A DNA stretch of 57,591 nucleotides, filler included, from Sphacelaria rigidula (GCA_964200075.2; 6 parts of 6 records of this genome joined end to end with filler, not necessarily neighbours in it); one strand, 5' to 3'. Shown: positions 1-12,201, numbered from the whole stretch's first letter. Notes: a model not told the origin generated them from the sequence alone. A program made the numbers and translations.

Positions 1-286
1 GGGGAAATGCGGGACCTGAGCGAAGGTGGCATGAAATCGTTTGTGTATTGGATAGTAGCGAGGAAACGATGGCTATACTAGGAGATAGATGGTGGCCAGA
101 GACGGCGAAACAGGACGGGGATAAGATATGTCAAAGGTTTTTGTGTATTGTATGGAAGAAACGTAATGAGCCGCGGAATGTTGAAGGTGGCTCTATTAGG
201 AGCAGGAACGGTGCTCCGTCTCGAAAGAGATGCATGGGTCAATGGTGAAACGACTAAGGCAAGCAACAAATGAATACACCCCCCCC
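1..286 (+). mobile_element. 3' end of a non-LTR retrotransposon (LINE family A), decayed ORF2 C-terminus followed by a C-run; lies in a sulfite oxidase intron
   Basis: Frameshifted peptide ...MAILGDRWWPETAKQDGDKICQRFLCIVWKKRNE... resembles, from recall only, a brown-algal LINE ORF2 C-terminus (W-x-x-R-N type end). The element ends TGAATACAC followed by a C-run. Confidence 0.5.
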
Positions 287-289
287 ACA

Positions 290-390
290 AGCCTGGTCCG
301 GCGAAAACCCGGCGTGCTCCGTCCCGGCATTGTAGGGATGCGAGGTCAATGGTCTCATGACTATAGCATGCATGATCATGAGTACACCCC
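290..390 (+). mobile_element. 5'-truncated 3' end of dispersed repeat family B (LINE-like)
   Basis: GTGCTCCGTCCCGGCATTGTAGGGATGCGAGGTCAATG...GATCATGAGTACAC+C-run recurs at 5901-6280(-), 7755-7798(-), 19233-19315(+) and, lacking the extreme end, 32880-33235(-). Copies share the 3' end and have variable 5' ends. Confidence 0.6.
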
Positions 391-439
391 AACCCTCGCA
401 TACCTACTTCCCTGCTCCTTCACCACGCTCCAACAACAG

Positions 440-648
440 TCGCCGGCGATTCAGGGTCTCCCGGTGAACTCAGCCATTTTATCTCCAGCCGACGGCACTT
501 CGGTTTCACCGTACGATGAGTCGGTGACGATCAAGGGCTATGCTCTCAGCGGCGGGGGTCGAGCGGTGGTGCGAGTTGATGTGAGCATAGATGGGGGAGA
601 AAGGTGGCAGTCTGCAGAGCTCAAGCCCACGGGTCAGCCCTTGAACAG
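440..648 (+). CDS. SUOX: Sulfite oxidase, penultimate exon (Mo-co dimerisation domain); upstream exons lie outside the contig
   Basis: CAG acceptor at 437-439. Translates SPAIQGLPVNSAILSPADG...TIKGYALSGGGRAVVRVDVSIDGGERWQSAEL, with the canonical GYAxSGGGRxxxRVDVSxDGG motif. GT donor at 649, phase 2. Confidence 0.9.
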
Positions 649-2049
649 GTGGGGGGTGCACGGGTTCGGCCACGAGGAAAACTCACGTGTGGTTGATGAA
701 TGCCCTACTTTCCGCTGTGAGTGTCTATAAACGCACGTTCCTTCCCAGCGATTCTTTTTGCTCCGCGACACGGTCAGAGGTTGGCTGCCTGGTTTTCATC
801 AATCTCGAGCATGTTGAAATGTTGGTTGTTGATGTTGCTTTTCACGTCAGCCCTTTCGCAGAAATCTAGTGCCCGCGGTCGCAAAGCCATGGCACAAGAA
901 GATATAATGCGGGGGATGATACGACCACGAACGTGAGAACGCGGCGTCCCACAGGACGTGATTATATGAAGGAGTCAGCGAGCACGTTTTAATGATCGTG
1001 CAAGAACACCGCCCCTAGTTGAGCGCTTTGTGCTTCTTTCCTCCCCTGATTTGTTTTGGTGTGAATAGAGAGAGATCGCTGTGTGCACCTCGCGCAGCAG
1101 TATGACTATTCCCAAGGGGGGCGCCTGTACATGATTTTTTACGGCGTTTTCACAATATTCTTGATGGATTTGGCAATACCAGGGTCTATCGGTCATCCCA
1201 ATTATTTTGCTCTCCCAGGGTTTCGACACCTTGGACGCCAAAGCATCTCATATGTCCCCTGGTTGAAGGAATCACTAGAAAAGTTGCTTTGGTTGATCGA
1301 TATACAGTACATGGCTCAAAGGTTGGGAATCAGGGAGTACTCGTAGCCGGTACGTCGCCCGTCGTTCAGGGTCAACCTCGAGAACAGGGTAACATCGCAA
1401 GCATAACGTCGGGGTTATACCGTGTCTTCACGTGATCGAAAGATCACGTTCCGAAATCGCGTTCTCAAATCTGATTGTCCCCAGAACGACCAGTTTGAGT
1501 CTTCATCCAAAGTCTCGCATACAGCAAGCAAACACTGCCAAAAGATATGCCATTTCGGACGACGAGTCACGCGCCGAAGAGGACCACAGAGGACTAATGT
1601 GCTCCTTTTGTTTTGAACGTGTGTTTGACACCATTCCAACAGTACAGCGCACTACGATTTGTCCCGCCAAGATGATTGGGTCCTTCCCGAAGCCCTGCCG
1701 TCAGGTGGTCGGCGAAATATCAGTCGTCAGTAAGGGGAAACATGAGTACGCGCGGCGCACGAGCATGGCCTGTTGAAAGCGATTCATGTTTTCCCCATGC
1801 TGCGTTTGGTGCCCTTCACCTGCTTTCCGCTATGCACAGCCTCGCCCTAGATCCCAAAATTTCAGAGGCACGGCGTCGATCGCTATCAACTTGAATCAGT
1901 GAAGGTGATTTTCAGGCAAAATACACTCTTCTCTCAAGGGATGTGATGTGGTGGGTGTGCAGTAAGTACAGCGGTTGCGGCGCAATTTCCTTGATGATGA
2001 ACCTAACTGCCTACATGATGGTGAAAAAAGTCGAAGAAAAAGTGTGCAA

Positions 2050-2315
2050 AAATCCAAGGGTCGGACAAATAAATTATTCGTGTGGAAACTACTTGATTTT
2101 AGTGTAATTGATTCGTACCGCACGAATCAATCCTTAGGCTTTGTTTTCGGTGTTGAAACCCAGGTACGCGCAGCCCAGGCACGTGAAGTGGCGCAAAAAT
2201 TGCGTGGAGACCTTTCTGACCAGCGGTCAACTTTTTTCTCTCTTTCGAGCGACCAGGCCTGAACAATCGTGGATTTGGTGATTCGAACCGGCGATGATTC
2301 GTCCGACCCGTGCAA
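2050..2315. repeat. Dispersed repeat in the SO intron; inverted-orientation copy at ~27735-28000 on another contig
   Basis: Shared sequence CCAGGTACGCGCAGCCCAGGCACGTG...GACCAGCGGTCA...CGTGGATTTGG. The ORF-track peptides 1975..2262(+) and 27667..27951(-) are homologous. Confidence 0.7.
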
Positions 2316-2593
2316 AAATCGCTTTACCGGCACCATAATAATGGGTGACGGGAGGTGGTATCGCCGTGAGCAACCACAGTCGAACGCGATTTTCGTTCTT
2401 CTCGATAAGACACGGCCTTACCGGCGCTGAGAGCCGGCTGATGATATTGTTCCGAAAGTAAGTGTGGTGGTACCCCCAAGGGATTGGCCCTGTAGATTCC
2501 TCCAACACGCTCTACATTAGCATCGCTATCCCTGATTGCCCTTCGGGGTTTGTTGCTGCATCTTCCGCGTCTACCCTCGCGTTTCCCTCCCAG

Positions 2594-2786
2594 AACCTAT
2601 GCATGGACTCTGTGGGAAGCTTCGGTGCCTGTCCCGAAGGGCACGACGAAGATGGATGTGGTGTGCAAGGCGATCGACTCCGGGTATAACTCTCAGCCGG
2701 AGAGACCGGAGCCAATCTGGAACATCCGTGGAGTGCTGAGCAACAGTTGGCACAGGGTAGCCCTGAAGATCGAAGATGAGGACTAG
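2594..2786 (+). CDS. SUOX: Sulfite oxidase, last exon
   Basis: Pyrimidine tract and CAG at 2591-2593; the phase-2 join restores Arg. Translates TYAWTLWEA...VVCKAIDSGYNSQPERPEPIWNIRGVLSNSWHRV...EDED*. The stop directly after the dimerisation domain indicates SO rather than nitrate reductase. Confidence 0.9.
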
Positions 2787-5700
2787 TAGTGGATAAAATA
2801 CGAACAGCCTGGTTCATCCGTTGGCTTCAAACCAGTCACACAGTACATGTTGGTCCATCTATGATCCAGGTGTGGGGGATCAAAACGTACTGCAAAACCT
2901 GGAGGATAATGCTGGCGGGTGAAATATGTCGGCAATTATGCTTCATTCTAGCCCTTGTATCGGAGGTTTTGTGAACGGTTTGGTTGGGGTCTTCATTTTG
3001 TTTCTCTCTCTCGAATGTGTTGGTGAATTTTGAGTATTAGCAAATTATTGCTTAGAATTCGTGAGAAACGGGAGAAGGTTAGAATGCCCGTGTAGGTCCT
3101 TTGGGGCGCTTCACTTGTCGATGATTTTTCTCTATTTACTTTTATGTTTTTCAAATGCCGATTGCCTGAGTAGCCCAAAATTATTCGTTTCATGGCAGCT
3201 CGCTTTTTGAGTGGTTTCCTCTCCCGCCAGGAAATCCAACACGAATAGCATGCGCACAAGAATTGGGTACAAAGAAAAATTAGCAGGACTCTGAACAGTA
3301 CGTTAAAAACCATGTGGTCGCCGAGTGTGATCAACGATTCGTTGAATGAAAAAGTATACCGACCGGTCGTACATGTGGCCCGTTTTTCAGGAAACCAAAA
3401 GCAAGAGTCGTCCGTCGATATCGGTGACGTCAACTTAATTCCCGGTGACGAAAGCTCGCACATGGGAGTTTGTAAATCGTCACTCTTCCATAAACGGTTC
3501 CAAAAGGGTTAGCGGCGGCTTGTGTGCGGCAGCCTTCGAACGGTAGATTTTTCGACCGAACGTGTGGCGTTTTTCGCGAGGAGTAGTAGCCGAGGGTTTC
3601 TGCCGACGCAAGGGGCGCCAACTGTGCGGTGCCGGAGTTGCGTCGAACATATTCAACAGGCAGTGGTTGTATCCATTGTGTGCGAATGGTCGCAACCGTG
3701 CGTGTAATACGTGACAGGACCGCGTGCTTAGGCGACCGCGTCGGAGTTTAAACATCCGTATGATCAGGGTTAGGGTTGGTGTTGGGGTTAGTGTCAGGGG
3801 CGTGATCTCGGCAGGAACTGGCCCGATTAAATCTGGAAAACGTCGGTCCTGAGGTGTTTCGAACTACAGTACGATGCGGTACCCCAAGCACACGGTCCTC
3901 TCACGCATTACAGTGCGTCCCAGCGTTTGTTGTGGACGGGTAGCGAGGGGTGCGTTCATCCCGATGCTGGGGAGTTGGGAATAGCAAGTATTGGGTCTGG
4001 AGATCCGCTCCTGGTTTCGCAATAGCCACAGGCTCCATTTGGGCGCTCCAGCAACTGCAGAGAGGTACGATGCTTCACAGTCGTGCTCGGTGTGATTTCA
4101 TCAAGATAGGGCGTGGGGTGGCTTTTGTCGTGGGAAGCTGTGAGTTTCGACTTGTTGTGGAATATTACCTGCCGCCGATCTTGTCGTTTTGGCGAAATTT
4201 TGTCTACAGAGTAAGTATGTGCGAGTGCTGTCTGGCTTGGGGTGATGGTAGATCGTGTACCGGTTGCCTTTTTGACCAGACGAGGACTTTCTCGTGTGGG
4301 TTCCTTCCTCTTCTCTTCTTGTCTTCATGTGTTGATCTTATGTTACAGCCTGTGGCGCCGCGCCCCTGTGATATTTTGGTACAACAAAGACCGTCGGGGC
4401 GGGCAAAACGCGTGTTCGGCTCCCGTCAGATGCATCTTATTATTATTTTGTTATTATTTCCGCACATAAGTCCGATCTCTCGAAATCGTGATTACAGACG
4501 TAGGTTCCTAGTTTTTTTTTCTTCTTCTCAACAGTACGTACAATATCTGATTTTCGTCGTTTGAAAGCGTACGGACGTGAGCAGCAAGCTATTAATAATC
4601 TATTTGGTGAAGTGGTGTTGGTCATGATCAAATCTGGGATACCAAAATGTAAGGAAGGCGTGCACTGGGGGAGAGATGGGTTGATCCCTTGAGATCACGG
4701 ACTCGTCCCAAGGAAGGGAAGGGGTTGGAAGTGAGAACAAGAAGGAAAAGGCATTTGATATTTGTTGTATGTCGCCCCGTCCACATTCAAGCAGACAGGC
4801 CGAGTTAGACTGATACACTTGAAAAGTGGGCCATATACTGGCTACATCGTGTTATGTTTGCACTCCTTAGACCCTACATGCCACTGACAATGAATGGACT
4901 GAAGAATGACCAGACGAGGATTGTGAAAAACGACGGCTTTGGTCCAACCATGATGTACGCCAGGGGCTGGGGAGCACGAAATGCACGGTGGGTTGTTAGC
5001 GGGGGGTGATTCTCACGAACAGAGAGGAGTGGCTCAGCTATAATGTAGGGGCCACCAGCGTTGAAGGTCGGTCAGTGATATTGTTCCGGAAGGGATTCCG
5101 GTGCCCGAAGGGCTTTAGAATCCCGGACGAGCGTGCATATCGATGATCACTGGTAAGCTATCCCGAAAGATGTGCCATGGCCGGTTACGGTGATCCGTAA
5201 GACGTTGCGTGACCGGTTGCGGTGATGGTATTACGGGAAGTATTGGCAAATGAGATGGATGATTTACGCTTTACTCGTAGATCGTAGGAATATTTTGGAG
5301 TCATGCGTGTATGTTCTACCTTGAGGAGACGTGAATCACAACGATTTAGAGACGTGCAGACAGAGAAGGGTTATTCGCCAATGCCTTGGGAAAGCGCCCG
5401 TTTGTTGGTCCACGGTAACGGTGGGTTGGGGTGTGTAATGACTCAAGTGCTCAGTGTACACAGAATGCATGCTTGTCTCGATTTCCGTGTTCAGAGGGAG
5501 CTGAACAATTGCTGTATTTGAGGGCGTACGTTTCTGCTGATATCCTCCGTTTTCACTGAAGAAGAACTGTTTGTCGTCATTATTCTCATTCTCAAAATCT
5601 CACTCTCATTTTTTTTGGCTCGATAAGACCCGGCCTGACGACTGCGATACCGTAACACTAAATTCCAGAACATTTCCCCTCGACTTTTGGGTGTCCAAAA

Positions 5701-5900
5701 CTTGAAAAACGCCTTCAGGTGGGGATGGAGGAGCGAGGTCAGAAATTCCAAGCCGGGGAGCCCGGGCGACACAACAAATACTGTACCCCACATTGTCTAT
5801 CGAGCTGCGAGTCTTGCGTGTAGGTAATTTTTCGAAGACCAAGTTGATCAACACTTATCGAACGCATGTCGTCTTTGGAGTCTGTGAAATGGGAGGCCGT

Positions 5901-6280
5901 GGGGGGCCGGGTGTACTCATGATCTTCCATGTCGTATTCATGTGATCATTGACCTCGCATCCCTACAAAGCCGGGACGGAGCACGCCGAGTTTTCGCCGG
6001 ACCAGGCGCGCAATCAATCACCGAGCGCGAAGCGCCGTGACGTGTTCGGCGAGCCACATGAAGGGCGAGCTGCATCGTACGGCTGTTCGGCCAGAACCTA
6101 CTGATCATCTTGCATGTGGATGACAGTCGACGATGAGTTGCGTCATTTTCTGGTATCGCCATTTCCAAAGACATCCACGGGTTGCACATTGCCTCATCAT
6201 GGGTGTCTCACTATTTAAACACTGCGTATTACGATCATCCCTTTTGCGCGGGATGGAGGTCCTCCCACACCGCACAATAC
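5901..6280 (-). mobile_element. Longer 3' fragment of LINE-like family B
   Basis: Reverse complement of the 290-390 motif, collinear with 32880-33235 over ~350 bp; ends in GAGTACAC plus a C-rich tail. Confidence 0.6.
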
Positions 6281-6914
6281 TTCCTCCGTGCCATAAATAA
6301 AGATCCTGATGATTGCACGGACCCTTAAGGGTGTTACATTTGATTTTCGATCTTTTAATTGCATTTGTCGGCGTTTTTTTACCTAAAACCAACATTCTTT
6401 CTACAACGTGGGTGCTTGACCCATGCAGCCACGCGGCCGAGAAAAAGTAGGTCGGTACAAAAACAGCCATTCTTCGCTCGTTTTGCCAGGAAAGCGTGAG
6501 AGGCCCGGGAACACAAAAAACTCGAAAAATGGGCCAGAAAATGTGAAAATCGCGAAACTACCATTGATTTCGGACATGTCCGTGACGTTAACCTACGCAC
6601 GCCCAACCCAATGTTTTGTTAGCATGTAACTGCTAGTGCTCGACGTGAAAACGTCCAAATTGGTCAATGATGGGGTATAAATGGATCAAAAAGGGTTAAA
6701 ATGGGGGTGTATTTCGACATAATTTAGGTGATGAAAACGACTTTTTTTTTTTTCTTCATCAGCTTCGTCTGCTCCCTACCTCTCTAACGAACCCAACCAC
6801 AGGATGATCGTCAACATTGAAATACCCAAATGATTAAACGACCATAAAGACCCCTACTTACGGCACAGAGGAAGTATCATCTAGCGCGACCACCACCAAC
6901 ACTACTATATAATA

Positions 6915-7645
6915 CATAGTGAACACCATACTCGTAAGATTCAGAGCGTAATATCGGATTCAGAGTGGATGCTCTTGCGTTCCCATCAGACAACTTTTTT
7001 TTTTGAGCACATTTCCTGTGGATGCAGCTACCGTACAGTACCCCATTCGAGGAATTCGGCGATCTGGTTGGTGAGATACCGATGAATATATATAATAATA
7101 ATTAATTAATTACTTAATTGGATGGATGGATGGATGGTTAGGTGGTTGGTCACTTGATTTATTTTTTTGAGCAAGGGAAAGACAATATTATTCGCGAGAT
7201 TCAGAGTGTAACATGGGATTCAGAGTGAGACCCAAAACAATTGACTTTCCCGTTGATTTTGACATCGCCACAGTTCGAGGAGTAATGCGCCCAGCTGGTG
7301 AAGCGGTGGCTTCAATGAAAGCTGTCACCTACACGATCAATTTGGCGCATCTCACTTGATTGCAACGACGTAGTCAGTCCATTGCAACAAAAGATCCCCC
7401 CTTTCAGCAAAAACCAATCAGTGCCTGAAACAGTTTCAGTTCCGAAATGCCCCCCTCAGGCGTAAAAATGCTGTGTTCGGTATCTCACCAACCAGATCGC
7501 CGAATTCCTCGAATGGGGTACTGTACGGTAGCTGCATCCACAGGAAGTGTGCTCAAAAAAAAAAAGTTGTCTGATGGGAACGCAAGAGCATCCACTCTGA
7601 ATCCGATATTACGCTCTGAATCTCACGAGTATGGTGTTCACTATG
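6915..7645. mobile_element. Foldback/MITE with near-perfect ~168-bp terminal inverted repeats
   Basis: Arm 6915-7082 (CATAGTGAACACCATACTCG...GAGATACCGA) is the reverse complement of 7477-7645 with only a few differences. No internal ORF. Confidence 0.8.
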
Positions 7646-9164
7646 GTTACCGAAAAAAAAAGGGAGGCGCAGGAAAAACGGTAACCTCACTGCCTGGCTT
7701 ACGCAGTGGTGAGTGATGTGTGTTACAGCGTGGTTTCCACCCGACGCCACCCCTCCGGGAGGGAGGGGATGTACTCATGATCATGCATGCATGTCATGGG
7801 GAGGAGGGATGGAAAGATAAAACTGGGATACAATCTCACGTCCTTGATTCATTTCGTAGAACTCGGGCCGTATTCTGAGGCTGATGGCAATGCTATTGCT
7901 TCGTTTCGGAGTTGGGTCCAAGTAGCATATTATCTGTTTCTGCCTCTGTCTCTCTTTGCGATCATATCGTACAGCACCGAAATCATCTCTGGTGATCCGG
8001 TAAATAAACTCCCCTTCAGACAAGTCAGCGCTCAATTTATTTCGTGCGATCGCCAGTTTCCTCCGGTCGGCGTCGGTTCCACCCCATCGACTCTTGACTC
8101 TTGACAGGGATGCGCCTCTAAGAGCCTGGAATCGTTTTTGAGGTTCAACATTTGGGTGAGGTTCAACTGACCATCGAAATTTCATTTGAAGTGTCCGAAA
8201 GGCTCGGGATTCGTAACCGGTTTCGACCATGTAACCCTAGCCCAGAAGTTTCTGCACGGCAGCGCAAGTATGATGATAAGCAGTCCAACAGCAAAACCGC
8301 CGTCATTGATTGTGCGGCATCTTTTGAGCAGGACCTGCGTCTAAGCGCTACGGAACACGTAACACAACATGCTGAAAACATACTTCTTTGGACTAGTCAT
8401 CGAGTTTTCGAGGGCCTCTTGTTGAGTATCTGAGAGAGACTTCATATTGTTGCGCCGGCGATGACCGGCATCAGCAAAACGATCCAATGCGGCGACAGAC
8501 GCCAGCGATCTTTGAAACACAGCATCATTCAGCAGTCTGCTGAGATATATCAGCAGACCAGAGTACAGCACCACTACAGTGCAGCCGTTAGTTGGATCAA
8601 ATGGATGCCCCACAATAAAGCTGCAGACACACACAACGGGGGTTAAGGGTTCGTCCCACGTTTGGAGTTGTTTCGCCAGTGGTGCCCATGCGAGGCGCTT
8701 CATCACGTCTGAATCAGCTATCACGCCTTGTATGGCCACTTCCGCTGTGGCTGTGTTGAGAATCGGTTCGCGGTGAGGCTATCGAACAATACTACTGTAG
8801 TGCAACGCACTTGGAAAATCCGAGCCGTTTCTTCACATTTGGAACCCGCATCGGCTGTAGTTTGAATATCCCTTCTGACGGTCCCGAACGGCGTCTGATC
8901 CAGCGACGGAAAGCGCTGGCACCCTCCCCCTCAGATAGGATTTGTGGCAACTGTGGGGGTATTTGGGAATCATCGCTGGGAGTGAAACATGTAGAATAGT
9001 ATTCAGGGGTATCGTAGTACATCTTTCCCTGTTCAAAATCGAAATTTCCTTGCTTGAACGCTTCATACCTGTTACAACGAACGACTGCTTTCCAAAACAA
9101 CCACCCGTTATTTCCGGATTTTCCCTGCACACGTGGACAAATAGCACCCTGTGAGGCACATCTA

Positions 9165-9327
9165 CAGGGTTCAGGGAAACTGTGCAGTGTTTCTCGCGGG
9201 GATCTGGCTGTAGTTTGTTTTTGCGCCCCACGGGACGCTTCACAGGGTTCAGGGAAACTGTGCAGGGTTTCCCGCGGGGATTTGATTGTAGGGAATTATT
9301 TTGTGCCGCACAGGGCGCTTCACAGGA
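9165..9327. repeat. Tandem ~77-bp duplication (CAGGGTTCAGGGAAACTGTGCAG...)
   Basis: Units start at ~9165 and ~9243; visible as the repeated QGSGKLC peptide in ORF 9054..9482. Confidence 0.7.
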
Positions 9328-9516
9328 TTTCGTCACTCCGTGTAGAATTCATCGCTGTTAACATGCTGTGCAGCCTTTATAACACGCATGCAATGACCTC
9401 ATGGCACAGGCATGAAGAAGAGGCCAGCCGACTGCGTGCGATTAGACGAGAGACCAGTGAAGCCCAAATAGCACGGCAATGACGACGGTCCAGAGCAGTG
9501 GGGGGTGGGGGGTGAA

Positions 9517-9616
9517 NNNNNNNNNNNNNNNNNNNNNNNNNNNNNNNNNNNNNNNNNNNNTTAATTAATTAANNNNNNNNNNNNNNNNNNNNNNNNNNNN
9601 NNNNNNNNNNNNNNNN
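9517..9616. other. Artificial contig linker N44-TTAATTAATTAA-N44
   Basis: Identical 100-nt spacer with stops in all six frames, occurring five times at ~9615-bp spacing. Confidence 0.97.
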
Positions 9617-9679
9617 AAGATTTTAATCCTCCGGGTTCTCATCCTCAATGAAAAGCACCATCCTCAACATAGATGATCG

Positions 9680-9906
9680 GCTGTTTCGAGTAAACCCCAG
9701 GTATAGTAGTTCCTATAGCTAGCGGAGATAGCGTCCACACTAAAATCTAGATGAAAACCCAATCGATCGATCAAGCGGATGATGACGATTTTTGGTGTGG
9801 ACCTTCCCTGGAACACGGGGAGACGAAAGATACCCTCACTTTCACCTAATTCGTTATCTATCTCGAGAAATGGCGCACATAAGTTTCCATCCTAAAATCA
9901 GTATAT
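9680..9906. repeat. Dispersed repeat; second copy at ~52440-52662 inside a TIR element
   Basis: Shared GCGGAGATAGCGTC...GCGGATGATGACGATTTTTGGTGTGGACCTT...CCCTCACTTTCACCTAATTCGTTATCTATCTCGAGAAATGGCGCACATAAG. Confidence 0.8.
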
Positions 9907-10297
9907 TACGAGCAGAGTCATTGGACCAGCATTCACGGTCCTGCCAGCAATTTGCCACGCCGATCTAGAACAGCCATCCACCGTCCATGCCTCTCAGATC
10001 CCGTCTGGGCGTCGCCCATTTCCTCGTTCTTCCGCCCTTCGTAGCCACAACTTCCTGGTCTCCAGCTGCGCCACGCACGTGCTGATGCGTGAAATCCCAA
10101 TAGACTTGACTTTGTGCTCTGCCTAGCAAAGAGCTAATGGGTCTCTCCGACGAAGTAACAGCACTGGTGCCGCGGGTAGATTACGAGTGTCCTGCCCACA
10201 TTTCTCTGCCGCTCCTCACTCGTGTCGTAAGTAAGGGCCCTACTTTACCACACTCATATCGACATGATCGTTTGCTTGCCTATTTCTACAGTCTCAA

Positions 10298-10396
10298 ACC
10301 TTCCACCGCCAGGGTGGGTCATCTGTTGAATCGGCATCATCTTCATTCGAAAATTAACGGACACCCAGATCGCCCACCTTGGTGGCGGTGAAGGGG
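10298..10396. mobile_element. Diverged solo copy of the ~100-bp TTAA (piggyBac-type) MITE
   Basis: CCTTCCACCGCCAGGGTGGGTCATCTGTTGAATCGGCATCA...GGCGGTGAAGGGG|TTAA; the core matches units of the 21131-22140 array. Confidence 0.65.
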
Positions 10397-11441
10397 TTAA
10401 AATTATATCTTACGGATCTTCGACCAGGTATCGCCGCCGCTCGGACGGGCAAATTTATCATCGCTTCCCCCCCTTAGCTTTCCATTTCCGTGCATGAGCA
10501 ACAACCGATCGCTGACCACAAACCTTGGCTCCAAGCGAGCGATTTATAATCACAGCAAATTGGTGCTGCAGCAGTCCCTCTACGGGGAGCTCCGAACCTT
10601 CGTCACGCAAAGCCTCGCTCACGTTGGAGCATGTACATGCGTCTGTTCTTTCAAGGGTCTCATGCATATGCGATAGTATTGGCAAGCCTGCGCCCCTCCG
10701 CCGCCACGCCGTCGGTGTTCCTTCGCTTATCACAGCTCATGAATTCTGGGAGTCCCTATTTGTCCCTCGTCTCCCTGGCTTCTTGCCATGCCATTCCATC
10801 GTTCTTCTCCCCGAGCTGATGATGCATTCGTCTCTTCGAAACTAGCCCTTTCGCCAAGCCCGTAATCTGCCGGCGCCAGCGTCAACACGTCGTTGAGCCC
10901 TTGACTCGCCCATTCGGTGTTGTCGCCGAACACATCCCGCCGTCTTCCATCCCAACTATTGCGCCCCAATCCCAGTGCTCTCGCGGGGTTCACCGTGGCC
11001 ACCTCGTTGACCTAGAGCCGAGCCGTTTCGCCCTTTTCTTTCGCCCCCAGATATGCAGCTCGTCGCTGGAGTATTCTGGAGCCGTCAAAGGAGCTTGGTT
11101 TTGCCTCTCAACCACTCGAATATTGTCGTCTTCGGAAAATCATCGGCGCGCCAAACGTTTGCCCCACCATGGTCGACCACCGGCCCCATGATGTTCACCT
11201 TACACCTGTGTGATGGCTTTCTCTTTTTTCTTGAGCTTCCTCGTCCATCATCTACAGTCTTTTCACCCTTGCTTGCCTGTCATTCAGGTGTTTCTATGAA
11301 AGGTTGATCGAAACTTTTCTTGCGTCCGATATATTCCAGTTTCCCCGACAGCGACACCAGTGCACGTCATTCACCAGTGGACGTCATACGCATAACCATC
11401 AAGATCCGGTACATGTTTTACGAGCACTTGAAGATCATGTT

Positions 11442-12201
11442 TCACCCCCCTTTCCTTTCCTGCGTACCGCGGGAAACGAATTCTTCGAGCGCTGCTGCTC
11501 CCACTCCTCTCAAAATATCAACCAAACGCACCGCTTCGAACTCTATCTGCGGCAGCCCAAGACCTTGTTCCATTTCTCGTTGCATTGCCACCGGCGCTGC
11601 CGACGCCGTCGCCTCCCCTAGCTGCTGTGACCCTCCACCCCCTCCACCCCCCTGAATATCCCCATCATCCATAACAGCACCCTCAGCTCCCCCAACACTC
11701 CCGACGCGCGGGTCGCTCACCACACCCACGGCCTGACCAGACGCCGAGCACGCGGAAGGGGGGCCCCTTGCGACACACGCGGCGTAGCCGTTCGCTAACG
11801 GGAAGACTCGGAATGACCAGTCCTTTCGCGGTACATTGTCAACCTCTGCCTCGGCGGATGCACCGGCGGCGGCGCTGCAGCCTGTTTGGCACTTTCGGTG
11901 GTGATTGTGGATGTGATCGGTGGGGTGCTCGTCGTCGAGCTTTCTTTGACAGCAACAAGAATATCGACGAATGTTGTCCCTGCCGCTGTTGCTGCTGCTG
12001 GCTACAGCACTACCACAACTACAACACTCGCTACTAGCGCTAGTACTATTTGTGCTGCTGCAGCAGTTCAGCCAGTCGCCCGCGATGAATGAAATGCGGC
12101 GCAGATTGAAACCCAGTCCTTGACCCACAGCCTTGACGTAGCTCTCTTTCAGGCCCCAGTTCAGGAAAAATCGACGCAATAAATTATCGTCATCTTCCGC
12201 C
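11442..12201 (-). CDS. AASDHPPT: 4'-phosphopantetheinyl transferase (Sfp/AASDHPPT/Lys5 type), exon 6 (last)
   Basis: CAG acceptor at 12202-12204, phase 2. Translates AEDDDNLLRRFFLNWGLKESYVKAVGQGLGFNLRRISF, containing the WxxKE(S/A)xxKAxGxG motif. Stop at 11442. Confidence 0.9.

Noticed and set aside
440-2786. Nitrate reductase
   Set aside because: The frame stops right after the dimerisation domain, with no b5 or FAD domains.
3950-4564. 204-aa ORF
   Set aside because: Non-ATG start, no recognisable motifs and no splice support; probably chance, like most short ORFs in the track.
9561-9572. TTAATTAATTAA as a biological motif or piggyBac target
   Set aside because: It is embedded in N runs and identical at all five gaps; it is an assembly spacer.
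10020-11310. Reverse transcriptase remnant on the minus strand
   Set aside because: Only faint RTE-like hints (MWAGH, AYA*) with no clear RT motif series; too decayed to call.
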